This document shows, piece after piece, positions 1 to 9,368 of a stretch of 32,801 bases of DNA. The position numbers were made by a program, and so were the translations under genes. How positions within the stretch are numbered: the stretch's first letter is position 1; each line of letters opens with the position of its first letter. The DNA is from Gammaproteobacteria bacterium (GTDB taxonomy: Bacteria; Pseudomonadota; Gammaproteobacteria; Pseudomonadales; Azotimanducaceae). The stretch spans positions 7,969 to 40,769 of the forward strand of contig NZEI01000077.1 in assembly GCA_002690405.1 (NCBI GenBank), written 5' to 3'. The notes below the pieces were generated by a model, which was not told the origin of the DNA, did not search any database, and worked only from the letters and a program-made list of their open reading frames with translations.

Positions 1-1128
1 GATAAATACGGCAGTCGCTGGGGCCAATATAAGCACTGGATTGCAGTGGCAATTCCAATACTAATGCTCGCGGTATATATGGTTTTCCTACCCAATGAAG
101 ACAGTGCTAGTGCCCTCTATTTAGGCGGCTGGCTACTGGTGTTGTATGTCGGTTATACGATTCTGAGCATTGCCCATCAATCTTGGGGGGCGCAACTGGC
201 GAGTGGCTACGATGAGCGATCCCGCCTCTACGGCTGGCGTGAGATCTTTGTTATCAGCGGCATGGGATTAGTACTGGCTATACCTGTCGCTGTAGAGATG
301 TTGGGCGAAGCCGCGCTCACCACCAAGGTCGCCAGCATGGGGCTGTTCTGCCTTATTCTGTTTCCTCTTACCACGATTCCTACACTACTTTTTGTACCCG
401 ACCAGCCGAACCACAAACCCGCATCGATTGATTGGCGGGAGGCATTGAGCGTCGTGCGTGCTAACGCCTCATTGTGGCGACTGCTCATCACTGACTTCAC
501 CAGCAATTTCGCAACGTCAGCGACCGCAGCGCTGTACATTTTTTTCGCCTCCTACGTTTTTGAATTGCCTAACCATGCCAGCACCGCCTTGTTGCTGTAC
601 TTTTTTGCAGGGTTTTTGGCAATGCCACTGTGGATGCAGCTGTCTTATAGAGTCGGCAAAACCAGAGCGATTCAACTGGCCCTAGGCTACGGCATTTTGG
701 TGCAATCAGGCCTGTTTCTTTTGGCGGAACCGGGCAACGTAGCAATGTTTTGGGGCTACACGTTCTTTTACGGTGTTGCCTATGGTGCTGTGCCGCCGTT
801 ACTGCGTTCTATGATGGCAGACGTTACCGATGTGGACGAGTTACAGACGGGCACAAAGCGAGCAGGCATGTTTTTCGCCTTGCTCACAACGGTAAATAAG
901 CTCGGCGGTGCAGTAGCTGTTGGTGTTGCGCTTACCACGGCAGATCTGGTGTTTGGCTTTGTTCCCGGATCAGATAATTCACCCGCTGCGATCAACGGGC
1001 TGTTGGTGATTTACTGCTTTGTGCCGGTTGTAGGGTTGGCTCTTTCGTACCTGCCACTGCTGGGGTATCCCTTAACAAAAGAGAAGCATGCTGAAATTCG
1101 TGAGGCGTTATCTAGTCCGCGCGCTTGA
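1..1128 (+). CDS. MFS transporter, GPH/MelB-like (MFS_2) family; 5' end lies outside the window
   Basis: The frame is open from base 1 (DKYGSRWGQYKHW, resembling the GPH loop motif DxTxSRWGRRRPW). It has many hydrophobic helices and a GPH-type C-terminal half (SMMADVTDVDELQTGTKRAGMFF). Confidence 0.85.
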   Translation, partial: DKYGSRWGQYKHWIAVAIPILMLAVYMVFLPNEDSASALYLGGWLLVLYVGYTILSIAHQSWGAQLASGYDERSRLYGWREIFVISGMGLVLAIPVAVEMLGEAALTTKVASMGLFCLILFPLTTIPTLLFVPDQPNHKPASIDWREALSVVRANASLWRLLITDFTSNFATSATAALYIFFASYVFELPNHASTALLLYFFAGFLAMPLWMQLSYRVGKTRAIQLALGYGILVQSGLFLLAEPGNVAMFWGYTFFYGVAYGAVPPLLRSMMADVTDVDELQTGTKRAGMFFALLTTVNKLGGAVAVGVALTTADLVFGFVPGSDNSPAAINGLLVIYCFVPVVGLALSYLPLLGYPLTKEKHAEIREALSSPRA

Positions 1129-1307
1129 AGCTCGCGACGCGCACGCGGGAATTTCGGACACCGAATGTTGCTAAATTAGTGGTGAGAATCTGATATCTAA
1201 GTCAATAGAGGCTATTGCTGGTCTGCCTCTTGGAGTTATCAGGGCCTTCAATTTTTTTGAAATCGGCAGCCCATTAACGAAGATTTGGATCTTCGTTGTT
1301 AGCGATC

Positions 1308-2561
1308 TTAGTAGGGGTGAACCCTAACGGGGACGTCTTTGATTCCGCGGATGAAATTATTCGGGAGCCGTTCGACTGTACCGACGACTTCAATATTGCT
1401 AAAGCGTTTCATTATTTCCTCCCAGAGAACGCGTAGCTGTAGTTCAGCCATTCGATTCCCCATGCAACGGTGGACACCAAACCCAAAAGCAACGTGAGTG
1501 CGGGCGTTTGGCCGATCGATGATCAGCTTGTCTGGATCTGAGAAAACAGTTTCATCTCGATTTCCGGAGAGATACCACATCACTACCTTATCGCCTTTTT
1601 TGATGTGTTGGCCGCCAAGTACGTAGTTTTGCAGCGCGGTTCGCCTCATATGGATGACCGGGGTTTGCCAGCGCACCATCTCTGCGACCATGTTGGGGAT
1701 CAAGCTGAAATTTTCTCTAAGCTTCTGATATTCCTCGGGATACTGGTTAAGCGCGATGATACCGCCGCTGATACTGTTCCGAGTAGTGTCATTGCCGCCG
1801 ACGATCAGTAGCAGCAAATTGCCCAAGAATAACTCGGGATCCTCGTTCATCTTCGCGGTCTCTGGGTTGTGCTGCAGCATCGAAATGAGGTCGAAAGACG
1901 GCGGTTGACCTGCTTTGGACTCCCACAGTTGATAGAAGGCTGCCGCACATTCCATCAAATCGTCGTAGCGCTGCGTTAGATCGATATCGGTTTCACCAGT
2001 AATTTGCGGTATTGCCGTTGTGATATCTGACCAATAGATAAGCTTGTGACGCTCCTCGTAGGGAAAGCCTAGGATTGTAGCTAGCATTCGGGCGGTGAGT
2101 TCGACGGACACCTCTTGGACCCAGTTGAACGTTTTCCCTACTGGCAGATTGTCCAGTATGTCGGCTGCGCTCTCTCTAATAATTGGCTCTAACTCCCCTA
2201 AGTTAGAGGGGGCCACGGTTGGCGCTACAGCGCGCCTTTGTTTGGCATGGTTGGGCTCGTCCATAGCAATGAAATTCTTGCCCTGAATCTGGCCCTCAAC
2301 AGCGATCGGCTCAACGATGGAAATTCCGCCCACCTCGGAGGAAAAAATTTCGTTGTTCATGTCGACTTCTTTAATGTGCTGGTGACTGGTAACAGACCAG
2401 AACGGACCGTTGGCGCTATCGTCGAGGTAGTGAACGGGGGCCTCTTTACGCAGCCGCGCGAACCATGGTTGCCAAGTATCGTTTAAAAAAAGCTCAGGTA
2501 AACTAACGTCTATTTTATTCAGGGGAATGTCGTTGACGTTCGCTTGATGTTTTTTGGTCAT
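1308..2561 (-). CDS. cyp153: Cytochrome P450, CYP153-type (alkane/fatty-acid terminal hydroxylase family), copy A
   Basis: Heme motif FGFGVHRCMG, I-helix LLIVGGNDTTRNS, ExxR in EMVRWQTP, and N-terminal GPFWSVT typical of CYP153. Confidence 0.9.
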   Translation of the reverse strand: MTKKHQANVNDIPLNKIDVSLPELFLNDTWQPWFARLRKEAPVHYLDDSANGPFWSVTSHQHIKEVDMNNEIFSSEVGGISIVEPIAVEGQIQGKNFIAMDEPNHAKQRRAVAPTVAPSNLGELEPIIRESAADILDNLPVGKTFNWVQEVSVELTARMLATILGFPYEERHKLIYWSDITTAIPQITGETDIDLTQRYDDLMECAAAFYQLWESKAGQPPSFDLISMLQHNPETAKMNEDPELFLGNLLLLIVGGNDTTRNSISGGIIALNQYPEEYQKLRENFSLIPNMVAEMVRWQTPVIHMRRTALQNYVLGGQHIKKGDKVVMWYLSGNRDETVFSDPDKLIIDRPNARTHVAFGFGVHRCMGNRMAELQLRVLWEEIMKRFSNIEVVGTVERLPNNFIRGIKDVPVRVHPY

Positions 2562-2599
2562 GGGCCCCTCATATTTTGCTTTTTAACTGTCCCTGACAA

Positions 2600-3487
2600 T
2601 CAGGCGGTTATCTTTCGTATCGCCCTAGCTTGCTCGACTAACATTTTAGAATGGTGGGCCACGTTATCTGGCAGTCGTATCTTGCTAGGGTCGTAGTTAG
2701 GCGCGTACACCCTGGCGATTTCGCGCAACAACGAAAACTGTTCCCTCCAGTCACCTGTCAAATTTTGACTTGGCCATAGCGCGCGGCCTCGTTCCAGCGC
2801 TTGGGGTGCATTCTTGGCAATGAACTTTGTAAAAAGGAAAACGTACTTAAAAAAGTGATATTGCCCATAAGTGCCAGCAACTAGGCGATACAAATAATCA
2901 CCATAAAGATGATCATAGATGTTGAAGGTTACAGCATGATGCTCAACCTCCTCGAGCGCGTGCCAGAGGAAAAGTTGTAAAAGACCACTACCTTTGATCG
3001 ACTCCAATCGATCAAATACCTTGTTCTGGAAATTCAATCGGCCACCAGCAAAGGTTGCAGCCTCGAATCCTTCGGCGTAAGCCAAGTTAAACTTCAACGA
3101 CTTTGTTTTCGTAAATCGCTGGTAGTCCGCTTCCAATTGCTTCTCAATATCGCGCAAGCCCTCTAGTTCGGGACTGATATTTCGAATCATGTCATTGAGC
3201 ACACTATGTTGGCGGTAGTGCTGGGCTTCCTGACCGATAAACTGCCTTACTTGTTGGGCAACTTTTGGATCGGTGCAGTGCTTCAGTGCCTCACGCATGG
3301 TTCGCACCAGGTATGGCTCAAGGTAGGGCAGCGTCATGGAGATGCCGTAGGCTGGAAATATTTCGGGAAGAGCCTTTATAACTAGATCCGGCTCGATTTC
3401 AAAATCCATTATTCGGATTGGCATGCTTGATTGAATGGCATCCAGTTGTGCCGAGATGTCTGCTGAGTTTGCGTCGTGCTCGATCAT
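2600..3487 (-). CDS. 'Metal-dependent hydrolase' family protein with ferritin-like diiron ExxH motifs
   Basis: Motifs EPYLVRTMR, FIGQEAQHYRQH and WHALEEVEHH. It lies 38 bp upstream of, and on the same strand as, CYP153 copy A. Confidence 0.75.
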   Translation of the reverse strand: MIEHDANSADISAQLDAIQSSMPIRIMDFEIEPDLVIKALPEIFPAYGISMTLPYLEPYLVRTMREALKHCTDPKVAQQVRQFIGQEAQHYRQHSVLNDMIRNISPELEGLRDIEKQLEADYQRFTKTKSLKFNLAYAEGFEAATFAGGRLNFQNKVFDRLESIKGSGLLQLFLWHALEEVEHHAVTFNIYDHLYGDYLYRLVAGTYGQYHFFKYVFLFTKFIAKNAPQALERGRALWPSQNLTGDWREQFSLLREIARVYAPNYDPSKIRLPDNVAHHSKMLVEQARAIRKITA

Positions 3488-3555
3488 AAATCGCTCCAGT
3501 TTTTTGGTTCGTGCATTTCCACGAGCGCTTTGCCGCTGTTTACTTTTAGAACTCT

Positions 3556-3571
3556 ATTTATGATACTAATT
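3556..3571. promoter_or_regulatory. Candidate operator site 1 (ATTTATGATACTAATT)
   Basis: Imperfect palindrome in the divergent gap 3488-3597. The motif recurs in other promoter regions. Confidence 0.6.
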
Positions 3572-3597
3572 AATGGGAGCAATACAAGGAAAGCACA

Positions 3598-4803
3598 TTG
3601 TCCGATCGGCGAGAGAGTAACGATTCTTTTCGGAGAGCGGTTCGTGACTGGTTGCAAGAACACTGTCCAATGTCGATGCGAACGGATATGCCAGAACACG
3701 AAATTGTTTGGGGCGGCCGAAAGCAAAAGTGGTTTTCTAGGGATGCCAAGGTTTGGCTAGAGCGCATGGCAGAACGCGGCTGGACAGTGCCACATTGGCC
3801 GAAAGCATACGGTGGCGCAGGTTTAGACGCCCGCGAAGTCAAAATACTCAATGAAGAAATGCAGCGCATTAACGCTCGCCTGCCGCTACAAAGCTTTGGA
3901 ATGTGGATGCTGGGTCCAGCGCTTCTTGAGTTCGCGAGCGAGGAACAGAAGCGGCATTATCTGCCGCAGATTGCGCGAGGAGAAGTTCGCTGGTGCCAGG
4001 GCTATTCAGAGCCCAGTAACGGTTCTGATCTAGCGGGCTTGCAAACGACCGCGAAAGACTGTGGAGACCACTTTCTAGTAAATGGTGCCAAAATTTGGAC
4101 TTCGTATGCTGACCAATCGGATTGGATTTTTTGTCTCGTAAGAACGGATACGGAGGTGCCGAAGCAGGAGGGCATCAGCTTTTTACTCTTCGACATGGAG
4201 AGTGATGGTGTAAGCGCATCGCCAATACCTCTGATCAGCGGTGCATCGCCCTTCTGCCAAGTGTTCTTCGATAACGTCAAGGTGCCGAAAAGCCAGCTTG
4301 TTGGAAAACTCAACGAGGGATGGACTATCGCGAAGCGATTGTTGCAGCACGAAAGACAGATGGTGTCCGTGATCAAGGGCAACACGCCGTTGGCGCGGTC
4401 AACAAAACTAAGGCTAGAAAAGCTTGCGCAGCACTATGCGGGAGATGGGCAGCAGATCAACGATCCGATCCTGCGCGCCAAGATCTGTCACCACAAAATC
4501 GATGGGTTGGCGTTTAAATTAACCATGAACCGAAACTTGGAGGAGTCCAGGACAGGACGTGGTGATGGCAACGCGGCCTCTCTCATCAAGTACTACAACA
4601 GTGAACTTAACAAGCGCAAATTTGATCTGTTGCGGGAGGTGATGGGAACCGGGATGCTGGGTTGGAACGGGGAGGGTTTCAGCGCCGAGGAAATTGACAC
4701 TACTAGACAGTGGTTACGATCTCGAGCTAACTCTATTGAGGGGGGAACTAGCGAAGTGCAGCTCAATGTAATTGCTAAGCGCATTCTAGGTTTGCCTGAC
4801 TAA
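3598..4803 (+). CDS. Acyl-CoA dehydrogenase (alpha-type subunit of the heteromeric FadE/Pim-like class)
   Basis: WCQGYSEPSNGSDLA, NGAKIWTS, LLQHER and SIEGGTSEVQ. TTG start preceded by AAGGA. Confidence 0.9.
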   Translation: MSDRRESNDSFRRAVRDWLQEHCPMSMRTDMPEHEIVWGGRKQKWFSRDAKVWLERMAERGWTVPHWPKAYGGAGLDAREVKILNEEMQRINARLPLQSFGMWMLGPALLEFASEEQKRHYLPQIARGEVRWCQGYSEPSNGSDLAGLQTTAKDCGDHFLVNGAKIWTSYADQSDWIFCLVRTDTEVPKQEGISFLLFDMESDGVSASPIPLISGASPFCQVFFDNVKVPKSQLVGKLNEGWTIAKRLLQHERQMVSVIKGNTPLARSTKLRLEKLAQHYAGDGQQINDPILRAKICHHKIDGLAFKLTMNRNLEESRTGRGDGNAASLIKYYNSELNKRKFDLLREVMGTGMLGWNGEGFSAEEIDTTRQWLRSRANSIEGGTSEVQLNVIAKRILGLPD

Positions 4804-4826
4804 ATCAGACGACGAGGGGAGAGCAA

Positions 4827-5870
4827 ATGAAACTTGGATTGAGCATCGGATATTCGGGTGGCGAAATGCGGTTGCCCATTGAAAAAGTGCAGCTAGCAGA
4901 GCGATTGGGGTATGACAGCGTTTGGACAGCGGAAGCCTATGGTTCGGATGCGCTGTCGCCGCTGGCGTATTTGGCGGCAAAGACCGAGCGGATCAAATTA
5001 GGTACCGGGGTCATTCAACTGGCGGGCAGGACGCCGGCAAATGCAGCAATGACGATTGCGACAATCGATGCTCTCGCTGGGGGCGGGCGGGTGATTTGTG
5101 GAATCGGAGTGTCTGGGCCGCAGATCGTCGAAGGCTGGTACGGGCAACCCTGGGGCCGACCTTATTATCGAATCAAAGACTACGTCACGATCATGAAGAA
5201 GATTCTGGCGCGCGAAGAACCAGTTGTTCATGAGGGCAAAGAAATCAGTCTGCCGTTTAGCGGCGAAGGCGCGCTGGGCGTCGGCAAACCGCTCAAGTCT
5301 ATTCTGCACATGAATCCAAATATTCCAATTTGGTTAGGCACCGGCATGGAATCCACAGTTAGGCTGACTGCAGAGATAGCCGACGGATGGTTGCCCTTGG
5401 GTTTAGTTCCAGAAACCTACGAGACCTACCGGCCTTGGATAGACGAGGGGCTGGCAAAGGCCGGAAAAGATCGTAGCCAGTTTGACGCGCAGGGCGGCGG
5501 TGCGGTGATTGTTACCGATGACGTGCAGTCCGCACTGGATCGGCTAAAGCCGAATATTGCCCTTTACGTGGGTGGTATGGGTCATAAGACCAAGAACTTC
5601 CATAAGGAGATGATGATTCGTCGTGGCTATGGAGACGCGGCCGAGCGTATTCAAGAACTGTATTTGGCAAAGCATAAACGTGAAGCGATCGAAGCTGTGC
5701 CGGATGAATTTGTTGATCAAGGCGCATTGATAGGAGATCGCGCGCGGATTCAGAAACGTTTTCGAGATTGGGAGGACAGTGGTATCACGGGATTTACCGT
5801 GAGCGGCAACGAAGAAGCTCTGCGTTTGATGGCCGAGCTTGCTCGGCTCAATGTGGATCTAACAAGCTAG
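4827..5870 (+). CDS. Luciferase-like (LLM) oxidoreductase resembling the F420-dependent Rv3520c family
   Basis: AERLGYDSVWTAEAYGSDA, GVSGPQIVEGWYG and ALYVGGMG. RBS GAGGGGAG. Confidence 0.85.
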   Translation: MKLGLSIGYSGGEMRLPIEKVQLAERLGYDSVWTAEAYGSDALSPLAYLAAKTERIKLGTGVIQLAGRTPANAAMTIATIDALAGGGRVICGIGVSGPQIVEGWYGQPWGRPYYRIKDYVTIMKKILAREEPVVHEGKEISLPFSGEGALGVGKPLKSILHMNPNIPIWLGTGMESTVRLTAEIADGWLPLGLVPETYETYRPWIDEGLAKAGKDRSQFDAQGGGAVIVTDDVQSALDRLKPNIALYVGGMGHKTKNFHKEMMIRRGYGDAAERIQELYLAKHKREAIEAVPDEFVDQGALIGDRARIQKRFRDWEDSGITGFTVSGNEEALRLMAELARLNVDLTS

Positions 5871-5884
5871 GGGAGGTGTTATCA

Positions 5885-6871
5885 ATGAGTTCCAGCAACA
5901 ACGATAATCAACGGCCAGAAGGTCCACCTCGCATGGTCAAGTGGTCGCCGCCCTACCGACGCGAGAACGTAGAGATGCCGGAGTTTGATCTGATCGAAAT
6001 CGAACGCGACGGGCCAGTAGGCCGCATCGTGCTTAATTCTCCCGAAAAGCGTAATCCCTTGGGTTACGAGCGTTTGCTGCAGATAGAGATGGCCGCCAAG
6101 CTGCTTGAGTTAGAGGACGATATCCGCGTGATCATCATCAAGGGTCAGGGCCCAAGCTTTTGTGCAGGCTATGACATCACACCGGTGAAGCGAGGGGAAC
6201 GTCAGCGCAATATGCCCCCGGGTGGTTACATCAACAAAAAACGAGATCGACTCTGGCAATCTTACGATCTCGAGCATGCACGGGTTTATATGACCCTATT
6301 TGATCTGCAAAAGCCGGTAATTGCCCAAATACACGGTGCCTGTTTGGCCGGGGGCACGGAACTGGCCGGGTTTTGCGATCTGCGGATTGTTGCTGATGAT
6401 GCGAAGATCGGCTGGCCGGTTGGACGCAATTGGTCGCCCGGGAATTTGCAGTACATACCGTGGTTGGTCGGGATGACTAAGGCTAAGTACTACATGTTTA
6501 CCTCGGAGCCAATGACCGGCCTAGAAGCTGTTCAATGTCAGTGGGCGTCCGAATCAGTGCCCGAAGCGGACCTCGAAGCACGCACCGAAGAGCTTGCGCG
6601 TTTGATCGCGTTGACGCCAACGGATCTGATCATGATGACTAAGCGAAGTATCAACCGCCAGTTCGAGGTGATGGGGTTCAAGACCGGCATAGCGGCAAGT
6701 GTGGATCTGTTGGCGCTTTCCAGCTTTCGAGATCAAGGGCTGTATACGCCGCGCGGCGAGGACGGTGAAGGCGGAGATGAATTTTTACGCCGCGCCGAGC
6801 GAGATGGTCTTAAAGAGGCCCTCAAATGGCGAGAGGAAACTTTTGGTAACAAGTATCGAGAAGAAGATTAA
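5885..6871 (+). CDS. Crotonase/enoyl-CoA hydratase-isomerase family protein
   Basis: SFCAGYD and KPVIAQIHGACLAGGTELA. Start moved to the ATG at 5885 following the RBS GGAGGTG, because the ORF-track extension overlaps the LLM gene. Confidence 0.85.
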   Translation: MSSSNNDNQRPEGPPRMVKWSPPYRRENVEMPEFDLIEIERDGPVGRIVLNSPEKRNPLGYERLLQIEMAAKLLELEDDIRVIIIKGQGPSFCAGYDITPVKRGERQRNMPPGGYINKKRDRLWQSYDLEHARVYMTLFDLQKPVIAQIHGACLAGGTELAGFCDLRIVADDAKIGWPVGRNWSPGNLQYIPWLVGMTKAKYYMFTSEPMTGLEAVQCQWASESVPEADLEARTEELARLIALTPTDLIMMTKRSINRQFEVMGFKTGIAASVDLLALSSFRDQGLYTPRGEDGEGGDEFLRRAERDGLKEALKWREETFGNKYREED

Positions 6872-6910
6872 TCGAGCTGTGTTATCGGGAGATCGCGAGA
6901 TCTACTAAAC

Positions 6911-6930
6911 ACTGCCAAGTGGTTGGCGGT
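6911..6930. terminator. Possible stem-loop (ACTGCCAA-gtgg-TTGGCGGT) between the crotonase and CYP153 copy B
   Basis: 8-bp stem with one G-U pair. It has no clean U-tract on the + strand, so it may be a weak terminator or an mRNA-stabilising hairpin. Confidence 0.3.
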
Positions 6931-7031
6931 ACTAATCAAAAAGATAAGAGTTTCTAATTTGTGCCCCTAGAAATATCCAATGAGACGCAACGTTGTACTT
7001 TGGAAATCCATTGAGCTCTGAGGAGGCGATG

Positions 7032-8288
7032 ATGTCAGCGATAGACATAAACGAAGTGAATAGCCTGCCATTGGAACAAGTTGATGTTAGTAGGCCGGAA
7101 CTGTTCCAACGCGATACGTGGCAACCCTGGTTCGCAAGATTGCGCCAAGAAGCGCCTGTGCATTTTCTGCAGGACAGTATGAACGGCCCTTTCTGGTCTG
7201 TGACGAGCCATCAACTCATAAAGGAAGTGGATGCAAACAATGCCGTATTCTCCTCTGAGGTGGGAGGTATCTCCATTGTCGATACGCCTCCACCGAAGGG
7301 TGATGAGATGCAGGGTAAGAGCTTTATCGGCATGGACGAACCTGATCACGGTCCGCAACGCGGTGCCGTTGCGCCGGCAGTCGCCCCAAAAAATCTGGTT
7401 GAATTAGAGCCGCTCATTCGCGAGCGAGCGATTGATATCCTTGAGAATCTGCCCGTCAATGAAACGTTCAATTGGGTACAGGAAGTCTCTATCGAACTTA
7501 CCGCCCGCATGCTGGCAACTCTATTTGACTTTCCCTACGAACAGCGCAGCAAATTGGTGTACTGGTCAGATCTGGCAACAAATGTTCCTCAGGTAACTGG
7601 GGATGACAGCATTGATCTGAGGAAGCGCTATGATGAGTTAATGGAGATGGTCGGAGCGTTTTATCAGCTTTGGAATTCAAAGCTGGGCCGGCCGGCTAAC
7701 TTTGATTTGATTTCGATGCTACAGAACAATCCGGAAACGGCAAAAATGAATGAGGACCCTGAGCTGTTTTTAGGCAATTTAATGGTTTTGATCGTGGGAG
7801 GTAACGACACCACCCGCAATAGCATCAGCGGTGGTGTGATCGGGTTGAATAAATATCCGGGTGAGTATGAAAAGCTACGGCAGGACCATAGCCTTATTCC
7901 TAATATGGTTTCCGAGATGATTCGTTGGCAAACCCCCGTGATCCACATGCGCCGGACAGCACTAAGCGACTACGAACTAGGTGGACAGCAAATCAAAAAA
8001 GGCGACAAAGTGGTCATGTGGTATCTCTCTGGTAATCGTGACGAAAGCGTTTTTCATGACCCTGAGCGATTGATTATTGATCGGCCTAATGCAAGGGCTC
8101 ACGTTGCATTCGGCTTTGGTGTTCATCGATGTATGGGTAACCGGCTTGCGGAAATGCAGTTACGCGTTCTATGGGAGGAGATCATGAAGCGCTTTCACAA
8201 AATAGAAGTTGTTGGTGATGTGGAAAGAATGCCAAACAACTTCGTACGTGGTATCAAAAACGTGCCCGTGCGGTTGCATCCGCTATAG
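7032..8288 (+). CDS. cyp153: Cytochrome P450, CYP153-type, copy B
   Basis: FGFGVHRCMG, LIVGGNDTTRNS and EMIRWQTP. AGGAGG at 7021-7026 supports the ATG at 7032 (alternative 7029). Confidence 0.9.
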   Translation: MSAIDINEVNSLPLEQVDVSRPELFQRDTWQPWFARLRQEAPVHFLQDSMNGPFWSVTSHQLIKEVDANNAVFSSEVGGISIVDTPPPKGDEMQGKSFIGMDEPDHGPQRGAVAPAVAPKNLVELEPLIRERAIDILENLPVNETFNWVQEVSIELTARMLATLFDFPYEQRSKLVYWSDLATNVPQVTGDDSIDLRKRYDELMEMVGAFYQLWNSKLGRPANFDLISMLQNNPETAKMNEDPELFLGNLMVLIVGGNDTTRNSISGGVIGLNKYPGEYEKLRQDHSLIPNMVSEMIRWQTPVIHMRRTALSDYELGGQQIKKGDKVVMWYLSGNRDESVFHDPERLIIDRPNARAHVAFGFGVHRCMGNRLAEMQLRVLWEEIMKRFHKIEVVGDVERMPNNFVRGIKNVPVRLHPL

Positions 8289-8299
8289 AGTACATACAG

Positions 8300-9133
8300 A
8301 TGAGCACAACACTAGATGGAACCGCCGCGCTGGTAACCGCCGGCGGAACGGGGATCGGCCTGGGAATCGCTAAACGCTTGGCAGCTGACGGTTGTCTTGT
8401 AACCATTTGTGCTCGCCGCGAATCGGTGTTGGCAGACGCGGTTAAAAGTATCGGCCACGGTGCGCGCTACATCGTCTGCGATGTCACTGACGACGGCCAG
8501 GTTGAAGCCGCCGTTGCCAGGGCGGCTGAACCTTTGGGCCGACTCGATTTCGCGATTGCAAATGCAGGTGGTGGGGCAGCGGCGGGCCCGTTGGTGCTAA
8601 CGGACTTGGATGCTTGGAACGCAACGTTGGCCTTGACCTTAACGTCTACTCTATCAACCATCAAACATGCGGCGCCGATCATGATGCAGCAGGGCGGTGG
8701 TGCAATTGTGGCCGTCTCTTCGATTGCCGGTCACATGACTCATCGTAATCTAGGCCAGTATTGTGTGGCCAAAGCGGGTGTCGAGATGTTGGTGCGCAAT
8801 AGTGCAGATGAACTCGGCGCCTACGGTATTCGTGTCAACGGAGTGCGTCCTGGATTAGTCCCCACCGAGGCGGCGGCCGGACTCGAGCAGACAGATGTTG
8901 TACGTGAAGATTATCTTGCTCAAATGCCGCTTAGACGTTTGGGTACCACTGATGATGTTGCGGCGGCAGTCCGTTTTTTGGCTGGTCCTGAGGCGTCATG
9001 GATAACCGGCCAGATGCTCGGTGTTGACGGCGGTCATTCGCTGCGTCGCGGCCCAAATCTAGATGGAATATTCGCGGCCTCTGTGAATCCTCAGATGGAT
9101 GCTCTGATGTCGAAAAGGGAAAGTAATAGCTGA
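8300..9133 (+). CDS. Short-chain dehydrogenase/reductase (SDR)
   Basis: TAGGTGIG Rossmann motif, catalytic YCVAK, and C-terminal VDGGHSLRRGP resembling a mycobacterial SDR subfamily. Confidence 0.9.
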   Translation: MSTTLDGTAALVTAGGTGIGLGIAKRLAADGCLVTICARRESVLADAVKSIGHGARYIVCDVTDDGQVEAAVARAAEPLGRLDFAIANAGGGAAAGPLVLTDLDAWNATLALTLTSTLSTIKHAAPIMMQQGGGAIVAVSSIAGHMTHRNLGQYCVAKAGVEMLVRNSADELGAYGIRVNGVRPGLVPTEAAAGLEQTDVVREDYLAQMPLRRLGTTDDVAAAVRFLAGPEASWITGQMLGVDGGHSLRRGPNLDGIFAASVNPQMDALMSKRESNS

Positions 9134-9149
9134 CATATCTAAATCGACA

Positions 9150-9280
9150 ATGCGCATGTCGGAAGAGAAGATCTGGCGATTCTTAGAGGCAGGGCGTTTA
9201 GGGGTTCTCACAACTCTGTGCCATTATGGGAGGCCTGTTGCACTCTCCAGCTGTTACGAATATCTCGATAGATGCCTGAC
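9150..9280 (+). pseudogene. N-terminal remnant of a pyridoxamine 5'-phosphate oxidase-like (PPOX split-barrel) protein
   Basis: MRMSEEKIWRFLEAGRLGVLTTLCHYGRPVAL...LDR fits the PPOX N-terminal pattern (FL...GxLxT...GxP). Similarity fades after about 42 aa and the frame then runs antisense into the next gene. The end coordinate is approximate. Confidence 0.5.
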
Positions 9281-9368
9281 GAATGCGTATTACATTGGGA
9301 CAATCAAAAACTCCGTAGATATCGATCGTGAGCTGGTATTTGCAACCGCGCTCCGACGCGGTCATGGG

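Noticed and set aside
1129-1307. Possible bidirectional terminator between the convergent MFS and P450 genes (T-run near 1252)
   Set aside because: No convincing GC-rich stem lies next to the T-run.
5768-5884. Long N-terminal extensions in the ORF track (also 6993-7031, 10158-10262, 13940-14122, 15593-15622, 30416-30487)
   Set aside because: They overlap neighbouring genes or promoter motifs. Downstream starts have better RBS support and fit family N-termini.
6923-6938. GGTACTAATC as an additional operator site
   Set aside because: Only a half-site match, and it overlaps the hairpin arm.
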